Notes under the pieces: generated by a model | The model's database searches: none | Seen by the model: the letters and a program-made list of their open reading frames with translations, nothing else | What the model was told of the DNA's origin: nothing | Translations under genes and position numbers: made by a program | Source: Flavobacteriales bacterium | Lineage (GTDB): Bacteria; Bacteroidota; Bacteroidia; Flavobacteriales_F; PHOS-HE28 | Reading direction: 5' to 3' | Assembly: GCA_013360395.1 (NCBI GenBank) | Contig: JABWBQ010000018.1 | Span: forward strand, 11,428 to 75,427 | Length of the DNA stretch: 64,000 nt | Part shown: positions 9,871 through 19,190 of the stretch, piece by piece | How the letters are laid out: every line of letters begins with the position of its first letter | How positions within the stretch are numbered: position 1 is the first letter of the stretch

Positions 9871-10476
9871 TCAGGCGGTTGCGTTGGCGAGTGTCTGCTC
9901 CACCAGCACCCGGCGCTGATGCAGCAGTTCGTTGGTAAGGATCTCTTCCTGCACGGCCAACTGGTGTACCCGGGCGATGAGGCGCTGGCGCTCCAGCGGA
10001 GGCAGCGGAACGCCCAGTTCCTTCAGGACCGTCAACGGGATGTTCGGCACCGTGGTGCCCACCATGCTCGCCTTGAAGTGTGCCTGGGTGGCCGTGGAGT
10101 TCAGGAACCATAGCAGGTAGCCGGGGTCGAGCACATCGGCCTTCGTCCGGATCACCACGAAGAGCGAGCCGGCAATGACGCGTTCGGACAGGTCGAAGCG
10201 ATAGGCCTGCGAGCGGCCGCCCTTGCCCGCGAAGAGGATATCGTCCGGCTGCAAGTGCTCTCCTGCCCAAGCTTCCACCGCGTCGCATTGGCCCAGCACG
10301 CCATCGGCCGCGGCTTCCTTCCGGCCCAGCAGCCGCTGACCCTTCAGGTCCTTATAGCTGAGCACCCGGATTGCGTCCGGGGCCGAACTTTGGGGAGCTG
10401 CCCGAAAGGTCCGGCCTGTCCGTATGAAGGCGGACAGGTCATCAAGGCGTTCAATCGAAATGCTCATATGGATCAT
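9871..10476 (-). CDS. Half-size HsdS: one target-recognition domain plus the conserved C-terminal repeat
   Basis: C-terminal LPPLERQRLIARVHQL matches the HsdS conserved region. 201 aa is about half of a normal HsdS. First gene of the hsd operon. Confidence 0.65.
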   Translation of the reverse strand: MIHMSISIERLDDLSAFIRTGRTFRAAPQSSAPDAIRVLSYKDLKGQRLLGRKEAAADGVLGQCDAVEAWAGEHLQPDDILFAGKGGRSQAYRFDLSERVIAGSLFVVIRTKADVLDPGYLLWFLNSTATQAHFKASMVGTTVPNIPLTVLKELGVPLPPLERQRLIARVHQLAVQEEILTNELLHQRRVLVEQTLANATA

Positions 10477-10828
10477 TACGCACTGGCAATGTTACGACAA
10501 AAATGTGAAACCTGAATAATCAGAGTATTACTCATGTTGTGAAAATCAACTACCTACTCTTCTATGTCAGGCTGCTGAGCGTCCCGACCCGCTGAGGGTG
10601 AGTGCGTGTCGGTGCCTGTTTCTGAGCTTCCGTTCAGACCAGTCCCGCCCAGTATGATGCCACTGGCTGGTCGACGCCGTACCCGCAGGCCTTCAGCCGC
10701 TTCTTCAAGCTGCACACCGGACAAACGCCGATGGAGTTCGTGAAGGCGCAGGGTGGGTGAGGCCGGCAACCGCGGCACGGCCTGCCCATCCCGGGGGCCT
10801 GCTCCAACCGATTGAAAAATATTTTTTG

Positions 10829-10844
10829 TTCTGCACTTGCAGAA
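10829..10844. promoter_or_regulatory. Perfect 7-bp inverted repeat with 2-bp spacer (TTCTGCA-ct-TGCAGAA) in AT-rich leader upstream of the MarR-like gene; putative operator
   Basis: Seen directly in the sequence, about 45 bp upstream of the regulator start. An AT-rich TATTTTTTG stretch lies just before it. Confidence 0.3.
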
Positions 10845-10887
10845 CTAAAGAAACTTTCCATACCTTTGTCCCGTTCAAGTGATCGAA

Positions 10888-11361
10888 ATGGCACACAAGA
10901 CCCCCACACTGACCAAGGAGCAGCGCGAGCTGATCGAGCAGTTGGGCGTGGCCAATGAAAAGGCCAACCTGCCCCCGGCATCCGCCCGCATCATGGCCCT
11001 GCTGCTGGTGAGCCCCGTGGTGGAGCTGCCCTTCGAGGACATCTCCAGCATGTTGAACCTGAGCAAGAGCGCCACCAGCAACGCCCTGAACCACCTGCTG
11101 GCCCTGGAACGGATCGAGTACGTGACCCATCCCGGCGAACGGCGCCGCTATTTCCGCAGCCGCTTCTCCAAATGGAAGACGAACGTGACCGAGCAGCTGA
11201 GGTCGATCGAGCATGCCGCCCAACTGCTGGACAAGGCCTGTGCCGGCCGACCGGCCAACACCCCGGAGTTCAACGCCCAGCTCAAGGAGCTGGTGGACTT
11301 CATGAACTACATGGTCAGCGAGCTTCCCGGCATCCTGGCCCGATGGGAAAAACGGCGCTGA
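10888..11361 (+). CDS. MarR/GbsR-like winged-helix transcriptional regulator, first gene of the efflux operon
   Basis: Size and wHTH-like central region (SKSATSNALNHLLALERIEYV). Operon position ahead of the OMP/TolC/MFP/RND genes. Confidence 0.55.
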   Translation: MAHKTPTLTKEQRELIEQLGVANEKANLPPASARIMALLLVSPVVELPFEDISSMLNLSKSATSNALNHLLALERIEYVTHPGERRRYFRSRFSKWKTNVTEQLRSIEHAAQLLDKACAGRPANTPEFNAQLKELVDFMNYMVSELPGILARWEKRR

Positions 11362-11522
11362 AAATTTTTTGGCCCGAAAAGTTCTCTTTCTCCTGAACCA
11401 TCCCGTTGCTTACAAACCAACAAGCACTTCCAACGCATCCGCCCCCGCTTCGCCCAACGCGCGCAAAGGGCCCAGCCGGCGGACCTCTCAGACCAAACAA
11501 CAACCAACAAGAACCGAAGAAG

Positions 11523-12182
11523 ATGAAAACCAAGCTCTTCCTGGCAACGGCCCTCACCGCAGCGCTGACAGCTACCACGGCCTATGCGCAGCAGGGCCTC
11601 AACCTCAGCGTGAAGGCCATCGCCGCCAACAGCACCCTGCTCAACAGCGACGACTCCGACCTGGGCGCGCTCTACGACCGCCAATTCACCCTGGCACCGG
11701 CCTTCGGTCTGGGCGTGGGCTACGGCTTCACCGACAACCTGGGCATCGGCCTGGACGTGATCTACTCCATGCAGGGGCAGCGCTACGAGGTCCTGGGTGC
11801 CGAGCAGTTCCAAAAGAGCAACTACCTGAAGATCCCGCTCCTGTTCGTGTACAACACCGACCCCTCGAAAAGTGTGATGTTCATCGGCAAGGTGGGTCCG
11901 CAGCTGGGCCTGCTCACCTCCGCCAAGCTCAGCGACAACAACGGCAATGACCTGGTGGGCGACAACACGGACCGCTACAGCAGCACTGACTTCGGTGCGG
12001 TGCTCAGCCTGGGCGTGGGCTTCGGCCTCAGCGACAACCTGCGCCTGAGCGCAGCGGTGCGCGGCGACTACGGCTTCACCAACGCCGAGGACGAGGACGC
12101 CCTGTTCCACCCGGCCGGCCGTGCCACCACCAACAACCTGACCACGGGCCTGGAAGTGGGCCTGACCTACCTGTTGAACTGA
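11523..12182 (+). CDS. Small outer-membrane beta-barrel protein (OmpA-like/porin-family fold)
   Basis: Signal peptide (MKTKLFLATALTAALTATTAYAQ). Alternating amphipathic G/Y/F-rich strands. Ends with a hydrophobic C-terminal strand (LTYLLN). Confidence 0.6.
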   Translation: MKTKLFLATALTAALTATTAYAQQGLNLSVKAIAANSTLLNSDDSDLGALYDRQFTLAPAFGLGVGYGFTDNLGIGLDVIYSMQGQRYEVLGAEQFQKSNYLKIPLLFVYNTDPSKSVMFIGKVGPQLGLLTSAKLSDNNGNDLVGDNTDRYSSTDFGAVLSLGVGFGLSDNLRLSAAVRGDYGFTNAEDEDALFHPAGRATTNNLTTGLEVGLTYLLN

Positions 12183-12268
12183 ACCGCAGCACCGTCCCGG
12201 CGGCATGGGGCCGCCGGGACGGTCTGGTCCAGCCCGGACCCCAAGAGAACCCGAACGACCTGAACGCC

Positions 12269-12652
12269 ATGAACACCGCAGCAACCCTGCTCCCTACGGA
12301 CCTCGCAACGGAACTGATCGCCGTGAAACTGCACGGCCCCTGGACCGTCGACCTGCGCAAGGACCTGCTGAAGCGCTGGGACGACGCCGTGCAACGCCAT
12401 GGCCGTGTGCGCTTCCTGGCCGAAGCGCAGGACCAGCAAGCCTGGGAAGGGCTGGAGAAGTTCTTCTTCCTGGTGCGCTGGCTGCACCTGGGCCAGCCCG
12501 TGGACCAGCGCATAGCGCTGATCGCCGGATGGCCGCTGATCGACCAGGCCGCCGGCCTGTTGGCCGTCAACACGCCCAACATGCAGGTGCGGCCCTTCCT
12601 CCTGAACCAACAAAAGCACGCCCTCAACTGGCTTGAACAGGCCGAGGCGTGA
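12269..12652 (+). CDS. Hypothetical 127-aa protein translationally coupled (ATGA overlap) to tolC; possibly STAS-like
   Basis: Stop overlaps the tolC start. No confident family assignment. Confidence 0.45.
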   Translation: MNTAATLLPTDLATELIAVKLHGPWTVDLRKDLLKRWDDAVQRHGRVRFLAEAQDQQAWEGLEKFFFLVRWLHLGQPVDQRIALIAGWPLIDQAAGLLAVNTPNMQVRPFLLNQQKHALNWLEQAEA

Positions 12653-13992
12653 ACAGCAGATCCCTTTCGACCCCGACGATGAACTACCGCACCTCCCTGG
12701 CCGCCCTGCTCCTGCTCGCTGGCCTTTCGCCCGCGCAGGCGCAGACCGGCGTATCGCTCCGCGATGCCGTGCGCCATGCGCTGCAGGACAACACGGACGT
12801 GAAGAAGCAGAACCTGGCCATCCTGCAAAGCCGCCAACGGCTGCAGGAGGTCAACGGGCAGGGCCTGCCGCAGATCAGCGGCACGGGCCAGCTGGTGGAC
12901 AACCTGCTGCTGCCGCAGACCATGCTGCCGGGGGACATCCTCGGGCAACCGGGGACGACGATCCCGATGAAGATGGGCGTGCAGTACAACATCCCCTTCG
13001 CGGTGCGCGCCGACCAGATGCTGTACAACCAGGCCTGGATCGTGGCCCGGCAACAGGCGAAGGCCGGCGGCGAACTCGCCGATGCCCAGGCCGGCAAGAC
13101 GCGGCAGGACGTGGCCTACAACACGGCCACCGCCTATTACCAGGCATTGATCCTCCGGGAACAGGCCGACCTGGTCCGCGCGAACCTCCACCAGGTGGAG
13201 CAGAGCCTCAGCGCCGTGCGCTCGCAGTACGAGAACCAGATGGCGCGCAAGATCGACCTGGACCAACTGCAGGTGACCTACGCCAACACCAGCACCGACC
13301 TGCAGAACACGCAGGTGCAGTTCGCCTACGCCCTGGACAACCTGAAGCTGCTGATGGGCTACCCCATCGGCGACACGCTGGTGCTGAGCGAACCGATCGA
13401 CGAGGTCGCGCTGCCCGCGCCGGCGAACACCGTGGCCAACAACCCCAAAGTGGCGTTGCTGGACGCGCAGGAGCTGGCCAAGGTGCTCGAGATCAAGAGC
13501 ATCAAGGCCAAGTACCTGCCTTCGCTGGCGGCCTTCGGCTCCTACGGCTACCAAAGCCAGTTCAGCGACTGGGACAACATGCCCTGGAGCTCCAACGCCG
13601 CCATCGGCCTGCAGTTGAGCGTGCCGCTCTTCGACGGCCTGCAGAAGCACCGCCAGGTGAAGCAGCGGTCGCTGGAGCTGGACGCCATCCGCCTGGACCG
13701 CACGCTGCTGGACAACTCGCTGAACGTGGAATACCGCAACGCCGTGCAGCGCTACACGCAGAACCAGCGCACCGTGGCCAACCAGGAGGCCAACCTGGAG
13801 CTCGCCAACTCCGTGTACGCCGCCGTGCAGAACAACTTCCGCAACGGCCTGGCCTCGCTCACCGACCTGATCACCAGCGACACGGCCCAGAAGGAGGCCC
13901 GCTCGCAATACCTCACCGCGCTGCTCCAGGCGCGCATCGCCCTGCTGGACATCCTGTATGTGAACGGCGGCATGGAAGAACTGGGCAACTGA
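12649..13992 (+). CDS. TolC-family outer-membrane efflux protein
   Basis: Signal peptide. Two OEP repeats with the characteristic coiled-coil segments. Confidence 0.85.
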   Translation: MNSRSLSTPTMNYRTSLAALLLLAGLSPAQAQTGVSLRDAVRHALQDNTDVKKQNLAILQSRQRLQEVNGQGLPQISGTGQLVDNLLLPQTMLPGDILGQPGTTIPMKMGVQYNIPFAVRADQMLYNQAWIVARQQAKAGGELADAQAGKTRQDVAYNTATAYYQALILREQADLVRANLHQVEQSLSAVRSQYENQMARKIDLDQLQVTYANTSTDLQNTQVQFAYALDNLKLLMGYPIGDTLVLSEPIDEVALPAPANTVANNPKVALLDAQELAKVLEIKSIKAKYLPSLAAFGSYGYQSQFSDWDNMPWSSNAAIGLQLSVPLFDGLQKHRQVKQRSLELDAIRLDRTLLDNSLNVEYRNAVQRYTQNQRTVANQEANLELANSVYAAVQNNFRNGLASLTDLITSDTAQKEARSQYLTALLQARIALLDILYVNGGMEELGN

Positions 13993-14025
13993 ACCGACCG
14001 CTCACCTTAACCACGAACGCATCCC

Positions 14026-15108
14026 ATGAAAAAGAAGAATCGGATCATCCTCCTCGGGGCCCCGGCCATCCTGGTGCTCTTCACCGTGCTGAAACTCGCC
14101 GACAACAAGGACACCATCGACCAGCGCGCCGAGCACGCCCTGCAGCAGCAGGTCTTCGACCGCATCCCGGTGAAGACCGTCGCGGCCACGATGCAGGCCA
14201 CCAGCAACACCCTTTCGCTCACCGGTACTTTCGCCCCGCAGCAGGACCTGCAGCTCACCGCGCAGGCCCAAGGCCAGGTGAACACCCTGTTCGTGAAGGA
14301 GGGGCAGTTCGTGCAGAAGGGCACCTTGCTGGCCGCGATCGACAACTCGGCGCTCGCCTCGCAGATCGCCGCCGCGCGCACCGCGCTGGACAATGCCGAG
14401 CAGGATGCGCAGCGCATGCGCAACGCCTTCAGCACGGGCGGCGTCACCCAGCAGGACGTGGAGAATGCCGGCCTGAAGGCCCGCAACGCGAAGTCCACCC
14501 TGGCGCAACTGCAGCAGCAGGAGGCCAACTACCGGGTGACGGCGCCGGTGAGCGGCGTGGTGAACAAGATCTTCGCCGAGCAGGGCAGCTTCGTGTCGCC
14601 CGGCACGGCCGTGCTGCAGCTGGTGGACATCACCCGCGTGGTGCTGAACGTGGCCGTGGACCAGGTGTACGTGCCCTTGCTGAAGCCGGGCATGGCGGTG
14701 AAGGTGAGCTCCGAGGTGTACCCCGGCGTGGACCTCAAGGGCCGTGTGGAAACGGTGAACGTGCAGGCCGATGCCTCGCAGAAGATCACCGTGGGCGTGT
14801 ACGTGGACAACTCCCGGGAGCATCCGCTGCTCGGCGGCATGTTCGGCCGTGCGGACTTCAACTTCTCCGGTGCGGACACCCTGAAGTCCGCGCTCACCAT
14901 CCCCCGCGCGGCGCTGGTGGGATCGGTGCAGGCCCCGGAGGTCTTCGTGGTGAAGGCCGACAGCACCGTGGACCTGCGCGCCATCCGCGTGGAGCAGTCG
15001 CTGGGCAAGGTGGTGCACGTCACCGAAGGCCTTGCCGCCGGTGAACAAGTGGTGACCGCCGGGCAGATCAACCTGGAGGAGGGCACCCGTGTGACCGTCA
15101 AGAACTGA
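14026..15108 (+). CDS. RND efflux periplasmic adaptor (membrane fusion protein, HlyD family)
   Basis: N-terminal TM segment. Coiled-coil plus beta-barrel domain organisation. Located between tolC and the RND pump gene. Confidence 0.85.
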   Translation: MKKKNRIILLGAPAILVLFTVLKLADNKDTIDQRAEHALQQQVFDRIPVKTVAATMQATSNTLSLTGTFAPQQDLQLTAQAQGQVNTLFVKEGQFVQKGTLLAAIDNSALASQIAAARTALDNAEQDAQRMRNAFSTGGVTQQDVENAGLKARNAKSTLAQLQQQEANYRVTAPVSGVVNKIFAEQGSFVSPGTAVLQLVDITRVVLNVAVDQVYVPLLKPGMAVKVSSEVYPGVDLKGRVETVNVQADASQKITVGVYVDNSREHPLLGGMFGRADFNFSGADTLKSALTIPRAALVGSVQAPEVFVVKADSTVDLRAIRVEQSLGKVVHVTEGLAAGEQVVTAGQINLEEGTRVTVKN

Positions 15109-15113
15109 TCGCG

Positions 15114-18100
15114 ATGAACATCACTGAAACCGCGGTGAAGCGGCCCTCGCTCTTCATCGTCATCTTCACCATCCTGGCGCTGGTCGGCGTGATCAGCTTC
15201 CAGAGCCTGAACTACGAGCTACTGCCGAAGTTCAGCCCGCCGGTGCTCACCGTCTCCACCATCTACCCGGGCGCATCGCCCAGCGAGGTGGAGAACAGCG
15301 TGACGCGCAAGATCGAGGAGCAGGTATCGGGCCTGCAGGACGTGGACAAGGTGACCTCCACCTCCATGGAAGGGATCTCGTCCGTGGTGGTGACGCTGAA
15401 CTACGGCGCCGACGTGGACGAGGCCGTGCAGAACGCGCAGCGCAAGGTGAACAGCATCTACGCGCAGCTGCCCGAAGGCGTGGAGCAGCCCGCCGTGGAC
15501 AAGCTCTCGCTGGACGAACTGCCGGTGATGCTCATCGGGGCCACCTCCAACCTGGGGCCGACGGCCTTCGCCGACCTGATCAAGGACGAGATCTCCCCCG
15601 CGCTCGCACGCCTGGAGGGCGTGGCCCGCGTGGACGTGACCGGCGAGCGCGAACGCGAGATCCGCGTGAACGTGAACGCCGACAAGCTCTCCACCCACGG
15701 CCTCAGCATCGTGCAGGTGACCCAGGCCATCGCCTCGGCCAACCTGGACTTCCCCACCGGCAAGCTGAAGGACAACGCATCGCAGCTGCTGGTGCGCCTC
15801 TCCGGCAAGCTCAAGACCGTGGACGACCTGCGCAACCTGGTGATCACCACCACCCCCGCGGGCAACCCCATCTACCTGCGCGACGTGGCCGAAGTGGTGG
15901 ACGGCACGGCCGACATCGACTTCATCTCGCGCCTCAACGGCACGGAGTCCGTGGGCCTTTCCATCATCAAGCAGAGCGACGGCAACGCGGTGGAGGTATC
16001 CAAGCTGGTGCAAGCCGAAATGGCGAAGCTCACCGCCGAGCACCAGGCGCAGGACCTGCGGTTCGAGATCGGCAAGGACAGCAGCACCTTCACCTTGGAC
16101 GCCGCCGACGGCGTGATCCACGACCTGGTCATCGCGGTGCTGCTGGTGGCCTTCATCATGCTCTTCTTCCTGCACAGCCCGCGCAACGCCAGCATCGTGA
16201 TGGTGAGCATCCCGCTGTCCATCGTCAGCACCTTCATCGTGATGTACGCGCTGGACTACTCGCTCAACCTGATGTCGCTGCTGGGCCTGTCGCTGGTGGT
16301 GGGCATCCTGGTGGACGACAGCATCGTGGTGCTGGAGAACATCTTCTCGCACATGGAGCGCGGCCGCACACCGTACGAGGCGTCCATCGACACGGCCAAG
16401 GAGATCGGCCTCTCGGTGGCCAGCATCACGCTGGTGATCGTGGTGGTGTTCCTGCCCATCCTGTTCGTCAGCGGCACCATCGCCGACATCCTGCGGCAGT
16501 TCAGCGTGGTGATCATCGTGGCCACGCTCATCAGCCTGGTGGTGTCCTTCACCATCACGCCCTTCCTGGCCTCGCGCTTCACCAAGGTGAAGCACATCGA
16601 TAAGACCAAGGCCATCAACCTGCCCTTCAAATGGTTCGATGACGCCGTGGAATGGCTGGACGCCACCTACCGCAAGCTGCTGGCATGGTCGCTTGGCCAC
16701 AAGCTCTGGCTCATGGGCGGCGTGTCCGTGCTGATCGTGGCCTCCCTCTCGCTCCTGGGCACGGGCCTCATCGGCTCGGAGTTCGTGAGCGCGGGCGACA
16801 ACGGGGAGTTCATCATCGAGGCGGAGCTGCCCAAGGACGCCACCATCGAGCAAAGCAACCTGCTGGCGATCAAGATGGAGAACCTGGTGCGCGTGCACCC
16901 CGAGGTGGACAAGGTGTTCACCACCGTGGGCAGCAAGTCCGGCTCCCTGGGCAACCAGTCGCAGGCCAACGCCGTGCTGGTGAACGTGAAGATGGTGCCG
17001 CTGGAGGAGCGCAGCATCTCCTCCGCCGACTTCGGCGTGCAGGTGAAGCGCGAGCTCTTCATGGCGCTGCCGGGCGTGGAGCTGAAGGTGAAGACCGTGG
17101 GCCTGGTGGGCAACGCCACCACGCCGGTGCAGGTGGTGCTGGAAAGCACGAACCTGGACACGCTGCTGGTGTGGGCCGAACGCGTGAAGGCCGTGGTGAA
17201 GAGCGTGCCCGGCACCTCCGAGGTGGAATCCAGCGTGGAGGGCGGCAACCCCGAGCTGCGCGTGAACATCGACCGGCGGCGCATGGCCGACCTGGGCCTC
17301 ACCATCGGCACGGTGGGCGCCACGCTGCAGAACTCCTTCGCCGGCAACACGGACAACACCTTCACCGAGGGCGACCACGAGTACGACATCAACATCCAGC
17401 TGGACCAGCTGGACCGCTCCGAACCGGAGGACCTGCTGGGCATCATGTTCCTGAACAACCGCGGCGACCTGGTGCGGCTCTCGCAATTCGCCACGGTGAC
17501 GCAGGACCTCGGCCCCACCAAGCTGGAGCGTTACAACAAGGTGTCGTCCACCACCATCAGCGCCAACGTGGTGGGCCGCCCCGTGGGCACCGTAGGTGCC
17601 GAGGTGGAGTCCGGCCTGAACGCGCTGCAGCTGCCGGCGGGCACCACCGTCACCATGGGCGGCGACATGGAGAACCAGAAGAAATCGTTCAGCAGCCTGC
17701 TGACGGCCCTACTGATGAGCCTGGTGCTGGTGTACCTGATCATGGTGGCGCTGTACGACAACTGGGTGCACCCCTTCGTGGTGATGTTCTCCATCCCCGT
17801 GGCCATCATCGGCGCCTTCCTCGCGCTGGCGCTCACCATGAACAACATGAGCATCTTCTCCATGCTGGGCCTGATCATGCTCATCGGCCTGGTGGTGAAG
17901 AACGCGATCCTGATCGTGGACAACATCAACCGCCTGAAGGCCGAGGGCCACAAGCTGATCGAGGCGATCACCGAGGGCACCATGCAGCGCTTCCGCCCCA
18001 TCCTGATGACCACCATCGCCATGGCCTTCGCCATGCTGCCGGTGGCCCTGGCCCACGGCGCGGGCGCCGACTGGAAGAACGGCCTGGCCTGGGTGCTGGT

Positions 18101-18236
18101 GGGCGGCCTCACCAGCAGCATGCTCCTCACCATGCTCGTGGTGCCCGCCATGTACCTGGTGGTGGAAGTGATCACCGCCAAGATCAAGGGCCTGCGGAAG
18201 CCCAAGGTGACGGCCGTGCCTGAACTGAACGCCTGA
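15114..18236 (+). CDS. RND multidrug efflux permease (AcrB/CzcA family), 1040 aa
   Basis: 12-TM, two-large-loop architecture with conserved AcrB motifs. Confidence 0.9.
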   Translation: MNITETAVKRPSLFIVIFTILALVGVISFQSLNYELLPKFSPPVLTVSTIYPGASPSEVENSVTRKIEEQVSGLQDVDKVTSTSMEGISSVVVTLNYGADVDEAVQNAQRKVNSIYAQLPEGVEQPAVDKLSLDELPVMLIGATSNLGPTAFADLIKDEISPALARLEGVARVDVTGEREREIRVNVNADKLSTHGLSIVQVTQAIASANLDFPTGKLKDNASQLLVRLSGKLKTVDDLRNLVITTTPAGNPIYLRDVAEVVDGTADIDFISRLNGTESVGLSIIKQSDGNAVEVSKLVQAEMAKLTAEHQAQDLRFEIGKDSSTFTLDAADGVIHDLVIAVLLVAFIMLFFLHSPRNASIVMVSIPLSIVSTFIVMYALDYSLNLMSLLGLSLVVGILVDDSIVVLENIFSHMERGRTPYEASIDTAKEIGLSVASITLVIVVVFLPILFVSGTIADILRQFSVVIIVATLISLVVSFTITPFLASRFTKVKHIDKTKAINLPFKWFDDAVEWLDATYRKLLAWSLGHKLWLMGGVSVLIVASLSLLGTGLIGSEFVSAGDNGEFIIEAELPKDATIEQSNLLAIKMENLVRVHPEVDKVFTTVGSKSGSLGNQSQANAVLVNVKMVPLEERSISSADFGVQVKRELFMALPGVELKVKTVGLVGNATTPVQVVLESTNLDTLLVWAERVKAVVKSVPGTSEVESSVEGGNPELRVNIDRRRMADLGLTIGTVGATLQNSFAGNTDNTFTEGDHEYDINIQLDQLDRSEPEDLLGIMFLNNRGDLVRLSQFATVTQDLGPTKLERYNKVSSTTISANVVGRPVGTVGAEVESGLNALQLPAGTTVTMGGDMENQKKSFSSLLTALLMSLVLVYLIMVALYDNWVHPFVVMFSIPVAIIGAFLALALTMNNMSIFSMLGLIMLIGLVVKNAILIVDNINRLKAEGHKLIEAITEGTMQRFRPILMTTIAMAFAMLPVALAHGAGADWKNGLAWVLVGGLTSSMLLTMLVVPAMYLVVEVITAKIKGLRKPKVTAVPELNA

Positions 18237-18464
18237 GCCATGCGGACGAGCATCGCCTCAAGCCCAACCGCTGATGCCTCGCCACTCGCATCGCCGTATG
18301 TGCGACCCTGTCTTACGTTCCTGCCGTTCTGGGGCGGGTTTGTGAAGTGATGGCGAGCTGGCGATGGGCGTGGAAGCTTGTCCGGATCATGGGATCCGTA
18401 ACGCGTTCACTGGCGGGACCAGGGCGGCGAAGCGGATGCCGATATGGGGAATGATGATGGTCAG

Positions 18465-18499
18465 GGCGCGCCCCGGCTCAAAAGCAGCCGGGGCGCGCC
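18465..18499. terminator. Perfect GC-rich hairpin (14-bp stem GGCGCGCCCCGGCT, 7-nt loop); outer pairing extends to 18460-18507
   Basis: Lies between the convergent ends of the RND operon (+) and the small gene 18527-18754 (-). No clear U-tract. Confidence 0.35.
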
Positions 18500-18526
18500 T
18501 GCCTGACGGTAGACAGGTGCTCCGCT

Positions 18527-18754
18527 TCAGCCGGAATTGTCAGGGCGAGCGAGGGTCATGAGCACACCCATCAGGCGCTTCTTCGCCTCGGCCAGGGTAT
18601 AGGTGCGCCCGGCCTCGCTGTCGGCGATCGCACGTTCCAGCTTTTCGAGGATGATCATGCGATCCACCATATCATCCACGCCGAACTTATCCGGAAGGCT
18701 CTTGATCGACTGCAACACTTTCTTTTTGTCGAGGAGGTCGGTGCGCTTGGCCAT
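18527..18754 (-). CDS. Small hypothetical protein (75 aa), weakly antitoxin-like; no partner toxin visible
   Basis: Charged helical small protein. Low confidence; could be spurious. Confidence 0.3.
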   Translation of the reverse strand: MAKRTDLLDKKKVLQSIKSLPDKFGVDDMVDRMIILEKLERAIADSEAGRTYTLAEAKKRLMGVLMTLARPDNSG

Positions 18755-18812
18755 GGAACGAAGGTGATCACGTCTGACGCGAAAAAGCCGTGGAAAATGT
18801 CCGCTCGGCCCC

Positions 18813-19040
18813 TCATTCCCCTACGTGCCGCTTCACCGAGTCCGTGGGGCCTGCGATCACCCGTGCGGGCGCCGCGCCGTGCAAGCTGTCCCGATCGATC
18901 ATATCGGTGTGGGCGGGTTCCTTATCTCCATTGCTGGGGGTGCCGCAGCCAACCAAGGTTGCCAGGCAGGTGAGCAACAAGAGTGTGGTGTGGCGCACGG
19001 TTGCTGGGATGTGACAACGTGGTATTACAGGGACCGACAT
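18813..19040 (-). CDS. Possible small lipoprotein
   Basis: Start placed at the internal Met (19040, MSVPVIP…) of track ORF 18813-19082. Lipobox-like LVGCGTP after a hydrophobic stretch. Weak. Confidence 0.25.
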   Translation of the reverse strand: MSVPVIPRCHIPATVRHTTLLLLTCLATLVGCGTPSNGDKEPAHTDMIDRDSLHGAAPARVIAGPTDSVKRHVGE

Positions 19041-19190
19041 GTGCGAAGCCTTACCCATATGTTGCGGTTGACGATCCAGCACTCACGACCTGCTTCACAT
19101 CCAGCGAGAGAGACAGCATTCGGTCACATCGTTCCCGCCCGTGATCAACAATACTCAAAATCCAGTATGACCATGACCCTGCCGCGAACC

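Noticed and set aside
12633-15044. 803-aa ORF overlapping tolC and the MFP gene in another frame
   Set aside because: Pro/Arg/Gly-rich shadow frame. Genuine TolC/MFP genes occupy the region.
15219-17486. 755-aa minus-strand ORF antisense to the RND pump
   Set aside because: Shadow ORF of high-GC coding DNA. The RND permease frame is unambiguous.
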